Virus record (IMG/VR): IMGVR_UViG_3300038441_001119
Span: 62,001-126,000 of that record
DNA: 64,000 nt
Reading direction: 5' to 3' (one strand)
The stretch's first letter is position 1; every line of letters starts with the position of its first letter. Of this stretch, positions 17,767-27,887 are shown one piece after another. Below the pieces are notes generated by a model. It was not told the DNA's origin, did not search any database, and saw only the letters and a list, made by a program, of their open reading frames with translations. Position numbers and translations under genes: made by a program.

Positions 17767-18492
17767 TCAGACAGGGACAGTAGCGTTTTTCTCACGCCAC
17801 TTGGCTGCCCGTTCTTCGCGTTCGGCTTGCCGTTGTTCAGGAGTTTTGAGTTCCTTCGCGGCTTTCGGCTCGGACGTGTGTTTGACGCGGTTCGCTTGGA
17901 GCTGGCGCATCGCTTTCTTGGGGAAGTGGCGCAGGTACTCCATGATCCGCTCATGGGAGGGCGCAGGGCACGCTTCCCACACCGAAAGAGGGATCACCGC
18001 AACCGGATCGTTTTCCAGCGCGACCTTGATACCCTCCTTCTTGCAGTACCGGTCGTTCATGGCGCAGGTTGACATGAAGATTGCGATATGAGTCGCGTTC
18101 TCCATGGTCACCAAGGTCATACCACCGGAATGACACACTTGAAGGGAAGAGTCCTCCTTGCGTGCTTCCCGAATGTAGACGATAGGCACGTAGTCATCCG
18201 TGAATGCCACCGTGGTACCTTTCGCGTAATCCACCGGTGCCTTGCCCGGATTGAGCATACACACCGGGCCGTCCAGCATCCGGGACATGTACCGGAGGTG
18301 GTGGCGACGTTGGCGATTGGTTTCCTGTCGGCAGGTTACTTTTTCCTCATCGCTGAGATCGTAACCGAAACGGGTGTTGTCCAGCAGCGGAGTAACCCAT
18401 GCGATGACGTCTGCGATGTTCGAGTCGTCTGCAGCCGGTGCGGAAATGTCCGTCGGGGCAGATGATTTTTCGTTGGTTTGGTTCTGGTCCAT
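17767..18492 (-). CDS. hypothetical protein
   Basis: 241-aa ORF. Confidence 0.7.
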   Translation of the reverse strand: MDQNQTNEKSSAPTDISAPAADDSNIADVIAWVTPLLDNTRFGYDLSDEEKVTCRQETNRQRRHHLRYMSRMLDGPVCMLNPGKAPVDYAKGTTVAFTDDYVPIVYIREARKEDSSLQVCHSGGMTLVTMENATHIAIFMSTCAMNDRYCKKEGIKVALENDPVAVIPLSVWEACPAPSHERIMEYLRHFPKKAMRQLQANRVKHTSEPKAAKELKTPEQRQAEREERAAKWREKNATVPV

Positions 18493-18576
18493 ATTAGGGA
18501 TTAGTGAAGATCGAGGTTAACAACTTACCTGATCTGCTTTGTTAGTATATGCCTGTATGCCAGAAAATTTCAGAAA

Positions 18577-19377
18577 TCAGCCTGCGTACTCGTGGTTACC
18601 TGCAGTACCGTCGTGGATGAACGGGATATCATCCTCCGAAGACTTACCTTTGAGGTTCTTCAGAGGGATGTCATCGTCTTCGTCATCGGTGTCGTCGTCT
18701 GGCGGTCCAGCATCGACGTCGATATCCACGCAGTTGAAGAGGTCTTCCGCGATGTGATGGTTGATCTCCATCACCATTCCGTACCAGTCTTCCTCGCGGT
18801 TCGCAGGATCAATGATACGCTGCCACCACGAAATGGGGAGACCTCCGCACATTTCGATGTTGTGTTCTTCGAGGTATTCGTTGACGAATTGGTACAGCTT
18901 GTTCCAGAGTGGAGGGTTGCGAGTAGCGATGTCTTCGGAGGAAGAGTAGTCCTCGAACAGTTCGCGGATATCCAACGAACCAGAGTGACGGACAGTGTCT
19001 GTGTCGGACCAGATCTCGCCTTCTCCATCGTAGGCGGTGACGTGCCACACAGCGCCTTCTGTGACTTCTTCTTCAGACGGGTTCGAATCGCCATGATCGT
19101 AGACAGTACCATCGGTGCGTTGACGGTGACGCATCGTTTTGACAGTCTGACCAGCTCCCGGCTCCTTGGAGTTGTGGTTGACGTTCTGATATAGACCTGC
19201 AAAGCAAGCGGCTACTTCCTTCAAGCCTGACCCTACAGCAGATAGGGCTTTGCGTGAGGCCGTATCCGGGTCCTTTGCGAAAGTGTGTACGAGTTTGTAT
19301 TCCGCCGCTTTCGTATCGCGATCAATCAAGCAGATCACGAACGTATACGGGCAGAAGTCGGATTTGAATTGCGACAT
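18577..19377 (-). CDS. acidic hypothetical protein
   Basis: Asp-rich C-terminal region with DDDIPL and EDDIPF. Confidence 0.7.
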   Translation of the reverse strand: MSQFKSDFCPYTFVICLIDRDTKAAEYKLVHTFAKDPDTASRKALSAVGSGLKEVAACFAGLYQNVNHNSKEPGAGQTVKTMRHRQRTDGTVYDHGDSNPSEEEVTEGAVWHVTAYDGEGEIWSDTDTVRHSGSLDIRELFEDYSSSEDIATRNPPLWNKLYQFVNEYLEEHNIEMCGGLPISWWQRIIDPANREEDWYGMVMEINHHIAEDLFNCVDIDVDAGPPDDDTDDEDDDIPLKNLKGKSSEDDIPFIHDGTAGNHEYAG

Positions 19378-19596
19378 TGTGGGTGAATTTGAACGACTAT
19401 CTAGCTAACGCAATCCCACTACAAAAGGGGTGGGTTCATGGGACGTAGTTCTATTCTTCCGGTCTAAAACCGGGACTTATTCAGGGGAATAAGGTTTCTG
19501 GTCAGGACATAAGTCTGGCCAGTAATAATGCACCAATTAAGATGAAGCACAGTGTGAACATCTAAAACTATGTGGGAGGGTGAGAGATATTATTCT

Positions 19597-19632
19597 CTCA
19601 AACTTATATAGCACTAGCGTCTGCATTATTGC
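19597..19632 (-). promoter_or_regulatory. bipartite promoter motif, copy 4
   Basis: GCAA-N14-GTGCTATATA-AGTT-TGAG + TGAGAGA/TCTCTCA hairpin. Confidence 0.7.
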
Positions 19633-19641
19633 AGACGAGGC

Positions 19642-21561
19642 TTATCTATGTTTCCTGTTCCTTACTTCGTCCAAGTCCAGCTTACCCGCAAGGATGTCTT
19701 CCATCTCTTGTCGCTTTAATCCAAGCAAATGCCGGATTGATTCTGCAAACGCAGGATTAGGGATGCGGAAGGGGAGGGTGATCTTGCCCCATCCGTTATT
19801 ACCCACAATCGCAGGGTCGAATAACCCTCCAGTGACAGGTGCCATGTTGTTCAGATTGAGAAGTTCCCCTTTCTGAATCTCGATGGCGTTCTTGTCATCC
19901 ACGTCTTTGTCAGTGGTAGGAGCAAGGCGCAGAATACCTTTACCAACATTACGAGGAGTAATACCGGCACCTACCATTGTGTTCATAGTCTTGTCCCATG
20001 AGAAAGGGACGCCCGGTTTAGCAGGAGTCAATCCCATACGCAGTGCTCTCCAGTACTCATCGTTTTGTTGACCGCGAAGAGTAATACCTTCCCTCAGGTT
20101 ATTGTAGGCACCAGAGGAGAGCATAACGTTGGACTCCAGTCCGGAAAGTCGTTTGGAACCACCGCCTTCTCCCGAACCTTTCGCAGGTTGACGGAACAAG
20201 TCGTAGCCACCCTGACCGCGAGAAGAAGCCTTACTCGACGAGGTATGGTGAAGTTTGAGCATGTAGGCGTTACCTACAAGCACAGGGTTCTCAAGAAATT
20301 GATTGGTCTCTGGATCGAAGATTTCCTCTTCGTCAGGGATTCCCGCTTCTTCCAGTTTTTGAAGAACGGTTTCGTACCACTTCTCGCCGGGTTTGGTGAA
20401 TCCGGGAAGTTTGATGGGCTTACCTTGAGCGGCAGCCACCTTACCCAACATGATCTCGTACAACAGGGAGTTGTTGGTACGCGATGGAATGGAAAGAGGA
20501 TTAAGAAGAACATCCAAAGGCTGACCATCCTTGGTGCGTGGCATCTTCTCATCAGGGATCACAAGGGATACGGTACCCTTCTGACCAGTACGGTAGACAA
20601 CCTTGTCACCCTCTTTGGTAGGGGCGTAGGCTTTGGTAACCACTTTGACACCTTTGGGTGTGTGGAAAACATCAACAACTTCAGCAGGATACTCTTCTTC
20701 CCAGACGGACGAAGAATCACCACGTGCCTGAGACATCGTTTTCGTGAGCTTGCCGACGTTTACACCGGCAGACGAAATAACACGAGGTCTGGTGGAAAGA
20801 ATGATAGGATCGCCGGGGTCTAGGATCTGACCTTTCTGAACAACTCCACGTTCATCCAGTTTAGCGAGTTGTTTCTTGTGGAACTTCTCAGGGAACAGGG
20901 AGCGGAAATGACCAAGGCCACCCTTGATGTCCCGGTCATACTCCTGTTCGTGTGTCTCCATGTGTTCGCTGACCATATTGTCTGCGAAACCTTTACGAAG
21001 GACGATAGCGTCGTCCATGGAGTAACCTTTATATGGAACCACAGCCACACGGGTATTCATTCCCATCGCCGCTGTGCCGTTGTCGTCCGTATAGTTGGAC
21101 GTAGCCAGCAGACCTCCTGCAGTGAACTTGTCTCCTACCTTTACCTTGGAAGTGTTATGGATACCAGACTTACGGTTGAAGCTCTGGTTATTGTAGATTG
21201 CTCGTTTCTTTTTCTCTCCAGTGGCGTTCTTGTAATGAATGTAATCAGGCGTGACTTCAGTCACCTCGCCATCTTCATCCGCAAACACAGCTCCCAGATC
21301 TTTACCGAGCTTTTCATCGAAGGAGAACCCACCATCGTCGGTGGTATCAAGGTTCTGCACCCATGGAGCTTCACGGTTGCGTAACGGCATAGCTTGGTTG
21401 TCGAATCGAGCGCCGTAGAATAGACGCGGACCCTGAACACCAGACTGAATAGGAATATGATTGATGTGAGTACCAAACAGATTCTCGTGAGAGATCAATT
21501 CGTAATCAATTTCATCATCATCAAAGTCCTGAATCTTACCGTTCCTGTAACCTACCGGCAT
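19642..21561 (-). CDS. rpoB: RNA polymerase beta subunit C-terminal part, fused to a beta-prime-like N-terminal segment
   Basis: GARFDNQAMPL, PYKGYSMDDAI, GDKVVYRTGQKG, DVLLNPLSIPSR, YMLKLHH, GGSKRLSGLE; tail GGLFDPAIVG..WGKITLP resembles RpoC DGLFCxxIFG..MGHIELA. Confidence 0.9.
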   Translation of the reverse strand: MPVGYRNGKIQDFDDDEIDYELISHENLFGTHINHIPIQSGVQGPRLFYGARFDNQAMPLRNREAPWVQNLDTTDDGGFSFDEKLGKDLGAVFADEDGEVTEVTPDYIHYKNATGEKKKRAIYNNQSFNRKSGIHNTSKVKVGDKFTAGGLLATSNYTDDNGTAAMGMNTRVAVVPYKGYSMDDAIVLRKGFADNMVSEHMETHEQEYDRDIKGGLGHFRSLFPEKFHKKQLAKLDERGVVQKGQILDPGDPIILSTRPRVISSAGVNVGKLTKTMSQARGDSSSVWEEEYPAEVVDVFHTPKGVKVVTKAYAPTKEGDKVVYRTGQKGTVSLVIPDEKMPRTKDGQPLDVLLNPLSIPSRTNNSLLYEIMLGKVAAAQGKPIKLPGFTKPGEKWYETVLQKLEEAGIPDEEEIFDPETNQFLENPVLVGNAYMLKLHHTSSSKASSRGQGGYDLFRQPAKGSGEGGGSKRLSGLESNVMLSSGAYNNLREGITLRGQQNDEYWRALRMGLTPAKPGVPFSWDKTMNTMVGAGITPRNVGKGILRLAPTTDKDVDDKNAIEIQKGELLNLNNMAPVTGGLFDPAIVGNNGWGKITLPFRIPNPAFAESIRHLLGLKRQEMEDILAGKLDLDEVRNRKHR

Positions 21562-21567
21562 AACTAA

Positions 21568-23427
21568 TTAATATGGAATGTAGTTATTGCTACCCGGTTG
21601 TCCCGGAGATTGCAAGAAACTATTAAGCAAGCCAGTTGCTCTGTTGATCCAAGGCACTTGGGGCGGCTCGTGTTCCATGAACTGAGCTTCAGCGGAAGGT
21701 GTGGCAGGCATCAAGTGTCTGCGAACCTGCGTGGCGTAATTGTGCATCGTGGAACCATAAGGGGTACTACGAAGATTTATGGGAGTTTGAATGCCCTTCT
21801 GACCTTGGGCGCCTACGCGGTTACCGATTCTAGCCGTTTGGATGTTCAGCTGACGAGGACCCATACCGTTGATGGCGTCTTGCTGAGGCTGCATGGAAGC
21901 AGACTTCACAGCATCAAGTGTCTTGCGAATACGATCCATCGAACTGCCAAGATTGATGGAGCCAAGGATGGGATCTTTCTTACCATCACCTGCACCGGAT
22001 TTCCCAGCCAGCTTCTGCGCTTCTTGATTGATCTTGAGGTTGATGTTCTCTTCCTGCAGTTTATCCAGCTTAGACTGCAAACTATCGGTGTCTACTTGCC
22101 CTGCGGCACCGCCGGCAGTTGCAAGAGGCGAGTTTGCCATGGAGGCAGGGGTACCCGGAGGGAGCGTAGCAGGATCAACTGCGTTGTTAGCAGGAGCACC
22201 AGCACGCATATTAGGATCATAAGCAGGCATAGTCGTAGCTGCTTTCTTCACATTGAGCTTGTCGATCTCGCCAGACAGCATGTTCATCTTTGTTTGTTCG
22301 CGTTTATGCACAGCCTTGCGTTTTTCTTCGGCTTCCAGTTGAGCTTGCTTCTGGGCTTCCATTTGCTCCTCTTGTTGGAGCTTGGCTGCCTCTTGCTGCT
22401 CTGACCATTGTTGCTTACGTTCGCCGGATTCGGTACGAAGTTGGCGACGAACGTCCTTACCGACATTACGTTGGATAGCGCCGGAGATAGGGATCTGTTC
22501 CTTCAGAGGGATACGCAGCTTGGTCTCGATGTCTCCGGGCTTACGTGTAGGAAGCGTCACAGACATGTCTCCAAGGTCTTCAGTCTTCTTACTGGACCTC
22601 CACTGGGCAATAGCAGTACCGAGGGCACCAAGGGCACCTACGCCTGCAGCAACACCCAATCCAGCTTTCATACCGGGGGACATACCTTCTTTCGGAGAAG
22701 AGACCGCTTTATTGATGTTGGGAATGTCCAACTGACTCAGCTTTTCATTACCCTTGAGTAGAAGATCCTTAGCAGGTATAGCAAGACCAGCAGCGACACC
22801 CTCAGCAGGACCAATACCTTTCCACACGCTACCAGCAGCAGCGCCGAAACCAGCATTGGTTGCCATCAGGTGACGACGATGAGGGTCAGCCATCGCGTTG
22901 GAAAAGTTTTCAATAGGTCCCTTGCCTTCTCCATAGGTAGCATAGTCAAGAGCGGGACCGCCAGCAAGGGCACCTCCTGCCAAGTGGGTAAGCCAGCTCA
23001 TGACCTTCCCCTTATCTGCAGCTTTCTTTACGACATACGGGATATGCAAGGCGTCTGCGAGGTGCTCAGACTCTTTGTTACCTTCAACAATGAGAGCCTT
23101 AACCTTATCCACAGAAGCACTCTTGATATGCAGCATCTTGCTGACAGCTTCCTTAGCCTTACCGCAACCACGATGCTCAGGGAGAAGTCCAATGGTGTAG
23201 TAACCTACTTTCACCATACCTTCCTTGCGTTCTTGCCATCCCACAAACCCCGCAGGAGACTTGTCGGAGGCCGAACGAATCATGTAGATGTCATCATGGG
23301 AATCAATGTTCAGACCATATGGCCACTTCCATGGAGCCTCGTCGTAGATAGTCTTGAGAACACCTTCGAGGATAGTACGGGAACTGGTGTCTGAAGCAGA
23401 CTTGGAAAACGATTCAACCAGATACAT
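21568..23427 (-). CDS. GNAT acetyltransferase domain fused to a virion-type low-complexity protein
   Basis: IGLLPEHRGCGKAKEAV (motif A), ALIVEGNKESEHLA (motif B); Gly/Ala-rich and coiled-coil remainder with KxA[SA] motifs. Confidence 0.65.
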   Translation of the reverse strand: MYLVESFSKSASDTSSRTILEGVLKTIYDEAPWKWPYGLNIDSHDDIYMIRSASDKSPAGFVGWQERKEGMVKVGYYTIGLLPEHRGCGKAKEAVSKMLHIKSASVDKVKALIVEGNKESEHLADALHIPYVVKKAADKGKVMSWLTHLAGGALAGGPALDYATYGEGKGPIENFSNAMADPHRRHLMATNAGFGAAAGSVWKGIGPAEGVAAGLAIPAKDLLLKGNEKLSQLDIPNINKAVSSPKEGMSPGMKAGLGVAAGVGALGALGTAIAQWRSSKKTEDLGDMSVTLPTRKPGDIETKLRIPLKEQIPISGAIQRNVGKDVRRQLRTESGERKQQWSEQQEAAKLQQEEQMEAQKQAQLEAEEKRKAVHKREQTKMNMLSGEIDKLNVKKAATTMPAYDPNMRAGAPANNAVDPATLPPGTPASMANSPLATAGGAAGQVDTDSLQSKLDKLQEENINLKINQEAQKLAGKSGAGDGKKDPILGSINLGSSMDRIRKTLDAVKSASMQPQQDAINGMGPRQLNIQTARIGNRVGAQGQKGIQTPINLRSTPYGSTMHNYATQVRRHLMPATPSAEAQFMEHEPPQVPWINRATGLLNSFLQSPGQPGSNNYIPY

Positions 23428-23468
23428 AGGACCCTTGTATCTTACTACCTTTCTGCCTTATTTGAAAT

Positions 23469-23510
23469 AAAAAAGAAAAGACTACCCCACCGGAAAGGCA
23501 GGGTAGTCTT
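23469..23510 (-). terminator. intrinsic terminator
   Basis: AAGACTACCC/GGGTAGTCTT stem + U tract. Confidence 0.7.
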
Positions 23511-23529
23511 GATGATACCATCCCAGAAA

Positions 23530-25200
23530 TTAATCGAACTGGTTGATGTGATACTCGGTGATCGTGTCGGTGGTGGTAACACGCACACGAATACCGTGCC
23601 CATCGTTCATACAGAGACCAGAAGCAGAACCAAGGGTAGGTCCTTCCATCTTGAGAGTCCTTGAAAGGGCCTCGATGGACTTGCGCACTTCGTGGTACTC
23701 GGATTTCAACATCTCAGGGAAAATGCATCCCGTAGGCTGTTGAGTATCCTGTGCTCCATCGAGAATGAACAAGGCAAACTGAGGATGATGGCTGAAGGCG
23801 GATTCATCGTTCCAGTGGGCTGGGTTCAGCGAAATCGCATTGACCTTCTTCCACGTTTGTCCGCGCAGTTTCCATTGGGAGGCTGCGGTAGGGGCGGTGT
23901 AGGTATAGTAAGAGAAGGGGTTGCGTTTTTCATGGTTATCCCACTGTAAGATAGGTTCGGCCTTCGAAAGCGATGCCGTAACAAACGACATGAAGTATCC
24001 TTGGAACGGAATGTATGCTTCGATACTGACGGCGGTGGGCAGCACAGTGCGGCGGAAACGAGTCCACGTAATGTTGGTACTACCGTGCACAGCACGAGGT
24101 GTGCGGGGGTTCGGTGGGGTTTGCTTGGTAGCAACCTTTCCAAACAATCCCGAGGTAGGGTTATTCGTGGGTTTGGTTGTGTTGGGTAGGACAGAGGGAG
24201 TCCACACCGTCCTGATTTCGTTCAGTTTTGCAAAGCGCCGACGGAAAGCCCCTGCAGCTCCGAGCTTGGTGACGATCTCTTCGGCTCGCTTGACGTTCTG
24301 AGCACCGGGAGGAGTCGATGGACGATTGAACTTGGTTGGATCAAGCCGGTCCCTCATGATGTTCTGGATGTGCTTCAGAGTGCTACCCTTTTGCACTTCC
24401 TCCAGAAGGTTCCCCGCAGCATTGCTCTTGATGTGATTGAAACCAGCAGGAGCCTGCGCCGAGCGCAACCACAGGAACCGATCACGTTTACGGGCTGTAG
24501 TTCTGTACAACTCATCGTGCAGGTTCTTGAACCACTCGATCTGACCTTGGATCTTCTCTGCGCGGAACAGTTTGTCTGCTGAAGCGATGTTGTTAGCCGT
24601 GGTAGCCTCAGCGCGAGTGAAGGTTGCCAAAGCCGATTTGAGGATACGGAACTCTTCCTTGCTCGCAGCATGCATCTGTTCGGCACTCTTGGTGAGACCT
24701 TTGTAGATGAGGTGAGAAGGAGGGGAAACCGCCATGTGCTGCCAGTCACCGGTTTTGGCGTCTCCCCACTCCTTGTCGGCGGAGTAGAAGACACCACTGA
24801 TGGTACCGCTCTCGACGTACTTCTTCATCGCCCGAACAGACTCAACGGTCTCGCCGGGTACACCATCCAGATTTCCCCACATAACGGAACGCAGGTTGAG
24901 GGTTTCCGGGTCAATGGTCACGAGGTTACCGTAGCGTTCGACGAAACGTCGGCAAGAATCGCAGCGATGCTCGGCGCGTGCTTGTTCGTTGTCCACGTGA
25001 TGCAGGAAGGTCTTGTGCAGATCGACGCCTGAAGAAGGCGTGACCGTGAACAGGATAGTGCCTTTGTCAGCGACAGCTTCGGCAAATGCTTTGCGTTGTC
25101 GCTTCAGGAAGTTGTGATATGGACGAGAGTCCTTATCAGTGCGAATTGCAGGTATAGCGGTCAGTGAAACCGCTGCAGGGGGTTGTGTCTTTTTAGCCAT
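23530..25200 (-). CDS. large hypothetical phage protein
   Basis: 556 aa; HRCDSC putative metal site. Confidence 0.8.
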   Translation of the reverse strand: MAKKTQPPAAVSLTAIPAIRTDKDSRPYHNFLKRQRKAFAEAVADKGTILFTVTPSSGVDLHKTFLHHVDNEQARAEHRCDSCRRFVERYGNLVTIDPETLNLRSVMWGNLDGVPGETVESVRAMKKYVESGTISGVFYSADKEWGDAKTGDWQHMAVSPPSHLIYKGLTKSAEQMHAASKEEFRILKSALATFTRAEATTANNIASADKLFRAEKIQGQIEWFKNLHDELYRTTARKRDRFLWLRSAQAPAGFNHIKSNAAGNLLEEVQKGSTLKHIQNIMRDRLDPTKFNRPSTPPGAQNVKRAEEIVTKLGAAGAFRRRFAKLNEIRTVWTPSVLPNTTKPTNNPTSGLFGKVATKQTPPNPRTPRAVHGSTNITWTRFRRTVLPTAVSIEAYIPFQGYFMSFVTASLSKAEPILQWDNHEKRNPFSYYTYTAPTAASQWKLRGQTWKKVNAISLNPAHWNDESAFSHHPQFALFILDGAQDTQQPTGCIFPEMLKSEYHEVRKSIEALSRTLKMEGPTLGSASGLCMNDGHGIRVRVTTTDTITEYHINQFD

Positions 25201-25397
25201 TGTGATAGGCGTGTCAGTGTGTTTTGGTGTCTTTGTTTGTGAAGTTCAGCAGCTCTAGCAATGATAGCCTCATCACTAAGGATCTGCAGCTCAAGCCAAC
25301 GAGCGAAGCCAGCGTCAACGATTTCCCGTGGACGCCCTTTGACTATTCGGACCTCTGCCTTTGCATTGGTCAGAGGAGTGTTAAGCTCCGAATTCAT
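25161..25397 (-). CDS. hypothetical protein
   Basis: 78-aa ORF. Confidence 0.5.
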   Translation of the reverse strand: MNSELNTPLTNAKAEVRIVKGRPREIVDAGFARWLELQILSDEAIIARAAELHKQRHQNTLTRLSQWLKRHNPLQRFH

Positions 25398-25977
25398 GTA
25401 CTATTTTCCTTTCCACCATGTCGAGCACATGCCCCCAGTCGAATTCATGAGTCGACAGAGCGTAGCTGTGCACGTCCTTACCGTCTAGATCTCGAAGACC
25501 TGTGGGACGCGTTTCGTCACGGAAGTAGGTCATAGCTTCTTCCAGACTGTCGGTCGCTCCACGGAAATCTTCCAGACCGCCGCCCGGGTAGTAGCTAGGT
25601 CCTGCGAATACCCAGAACCTTCCCATAGGAATTGCATTGAGAGGAGGGTTGGTCAGTACGGGGGTAGACAGTGCGTTGGGAGGAACAATTAGCTTTTCCT
25701 TTAATTCCTGCACCATCTTGTGAACAGAGGCCAAGGTGATGGGAGGCTTAAGGGAGACATACACCTGCTCACTGTCCTTGAGAATATGTCCTCCATCTAG
25801 AGGTGCTCCACCAGATGCAGCAGAAACGATCAACTCACTGGTTTCCGGTAACCCAAAGTCTTCCCGGAATTCACGGTTGGATTTCAGACGATCCACACTC
25901 CAACCCGGATCAATCCAGTAATCGTGGTTGATGCCGTTTACTGCGACTTTGATCTTGTTACGTTTGACGACGCTCAT
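25381..25977 (-). CDS. protein with N-terminal ubiquitin-like domain homologous to the di-Ubl
   Basis: KIKVAVNGINHDYWIDPG..REFREDFGLP aligns with KVIVHVNGNRSDFYVPYG..RQFKEDFALP. Confidence 0.7.
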   Translation of the reverse strand: MSVVKRNKIKVAVNGINHDYWIDPGWSVDRLKSNREFREDFGLPETSELIVSAASGGAPLDGGHILKDSEQVYVSLKPPITLASVHKMVQELKEKLIVPPNALSTPVLTNPPLNAIPMGRFWVFAGPSYYPGGGLEDFRGATDSLEEAMTYFRDETRPTGLRDLDGKDVHSYALSTHEFDWGHVLDMVERKIVHEFGA

Positions 25978-26152
25978 AGCCGTTGTTTTTTCCAGATTCC
26001 ACAATGTTGGCAACGAAGGTGTACTTCGAAACCACATGGCATGGTATGGGATGTTTCGTTGTAGATGTTGATGCTACTCTTTGTTTCCCACTGATGTTTG
26101 CACCCTTTGAAGGTGCCTATAAGTAGCCTGTATAGTAGACCTAACATAAGAG

Positions 26153-26227
26153 TGGTACCCCGTCTAGGAATCGAACCTAGATCTACCGCTTAGAAGGCGG
26201 CTGCTCGATCCATTGAGCTAACGGGGC
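26153..26227 (-). tRNA. tRNA-Arg(TCT)
   Basis: GCCCCGT/ACGGGGT acceptor, GCCGC-CTTCTAA-GCGGT, GGAT D-loop, ACCA. Confidence 0.92.
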
Positions 26228-26236
26228 TGAAGTGGG

Positions 26237-27499
26237 TTAGAACGCTTGGTACATCCGTTTACCGGAACGCTTCGAAGGGGTGAGCCTCAGGGTGGAGCCG
26301 TCGACATGCGTAATAAGAACCGAGGAGTCCGTATTGCGGATGATGCTGGCGATCTCACGGTTATACCAAGTGAGGGAACGGCTGTAGCTGCCTACGCGTG
26401 CATTGGGGTTATCCTCGTCCGTGTCATCAGTTTCAGCACGAAGGTACTGAACGTTGATGTAGTCGTCTTCATCAGGACCGAATTGCTGGAACGGAGAGGC
26501 AAACGACGCTTTGTAGAAAGCTGGAACTTCTTTGATATACTTCAGAAGTTTCTCGTCGACACTATCAAGGGCAGAAGCAATACCGTAACGCTTGGAGTTG
26601 CGGACGATATTGCGGATGGAGTAAGCGTAAGCAGCCGCGTGCTTGTCCTTCTCCTCCAGCTCGACGAAGTTATCGACCAGAGCAAGAACCGAAGTGCGCA
26701 GCTCGGCATCGAATTCAACACTCTCGTCGCTCTCGACATTGAGGAACGAAAGGAACTCCGAAGGAGGTTCATTGAACATCTTGGCTTCATTGATGATCGC
26801 CATCAGGGAGTCCAGCGACAAACCGAAGATAGTCTCGGCCGCCTTGATAACCGCATCCCGAAGATCACCCTCTGGGATCTGGTCACAGATGACAGCACGG
26901 AAAACGTCCTGACTGAGGGCGTCGTAACGCTTGTGGTAACGAACACGCCCCGGACGACTGTTGATGAAGGTGTTGACGTTCGGGTCGTTCGAGGTGAGGA
27001 CGAACAAGTGGGCAGTCGAAGAAGTACCGTCAAGAAGCGTGAGAAGATGAGCGGAATCCTCCTCGCTGTAGATCTTCTCGAACTCGTCCATGATGACGAC
27101 GCATTTGACAGGGATCTTCTGTAGGAAGTCCGAGAACTCTGAACCTTTGAAGAACGAGTTGATAAGCAGGACGGGCGACTTGGACTTGAGTCCGATCATC
27201 TTGGCGGCGACAGACTTGCCCGCACCCGATTTGCCACTGAGGAGAACGCCGATACCACGTTCAAGTTTGTGCCAAGCGGCGAGAGCGCGGTCAACGAACT
27301 TGTCGTCTTCACCGTAGATCTTTTTCGGAAGTTCGAGATCTTCTTTGATTTTCAGGTAGAAACCACTCATGTCGGCTGCGACTTCATACACGCCGACTGG
27401 GAGACCCTTGACGGGAGTGGATGCGCCATTGGTAAAACGAACTTCATTACCATTGGTGACGGAGTAAATGGGCGCTACAGTTGTTGTTTTTTCGGACAT
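26237..27499 (-). CDS. AAA+ ATPase
   Basis: Walker A GKSGAGKS, Walker B VVIMDEFEK, LLTLLDG, TSN, SRPGR arginine finger; start MSEKT. Confidence 0.9.
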   Translation of the reverse strand: MSEKTTTVAPIYSVTNGNEVRFTNGASTPVKGLPVGVYEVAADMSGFYLKIKEDLELPKKIYGEDDKFVDRALAAWHKLERGIGVLLSGKSGAGKSVAAKMIGLKSKSPVLLINSFFKGSEFSDFLQKIPVKCVVIMDEFEKIYSEEDSAHLLTLLDGTSSTAHLFVLTSNDPNVNTFINSRPGRVRYHKRYDALSQDVFRAVICDQIPEGDLRDAVIKAAETIFGLSLDSLMAIINEAKMFNEPPSEFLSFLNVESDESVEFDAELRTSVLALVDNFVELEEKDKHAAAYAYSIRNIVRNSKRYGIASALDSVDEKLLKYIKEVPAFYKASFASPFQQFGPDEDDYINVQYLRAETDDTDEDNPNARVGSYSRSLTWYNREIASIIRNTDSSVLITHVDGSTLRLTPSKRSGKRMYQAF

Positions 27500-27887
27500 A
27501 TTGGGTGCTGAGAGGAAATAAAAAAATAGAAAGGTGAAATGGAGGAGTGCCGCCATGCCGACACCCCTCCATCTCGTACGGTCTTGCAACCAACAGCAAG
27601 GAAACCCGTATCGCGTAAGCAGAACCGTTGCTCACTGGTTACGAGTTTCGAAGACAACCACATTGGAGGTTGACGCTAGGGTGACTTCTACCTTGCACTT
27701 ACCATTAGGCAGATGCTTATACCTTATACCTGAAATTAGTAACCACGGCAGGGCGTGTTAACTCCTGCTATCCTCTCCTGACAACCGATGGCCCGGTTTA
27801 AGAGGATCACCTGTTTGAGGCAGGTGGTTCGACACTTACGAACTTCGAGGTTTAACCAACAGACGACCCACCAAGGTCGACTGAAGA

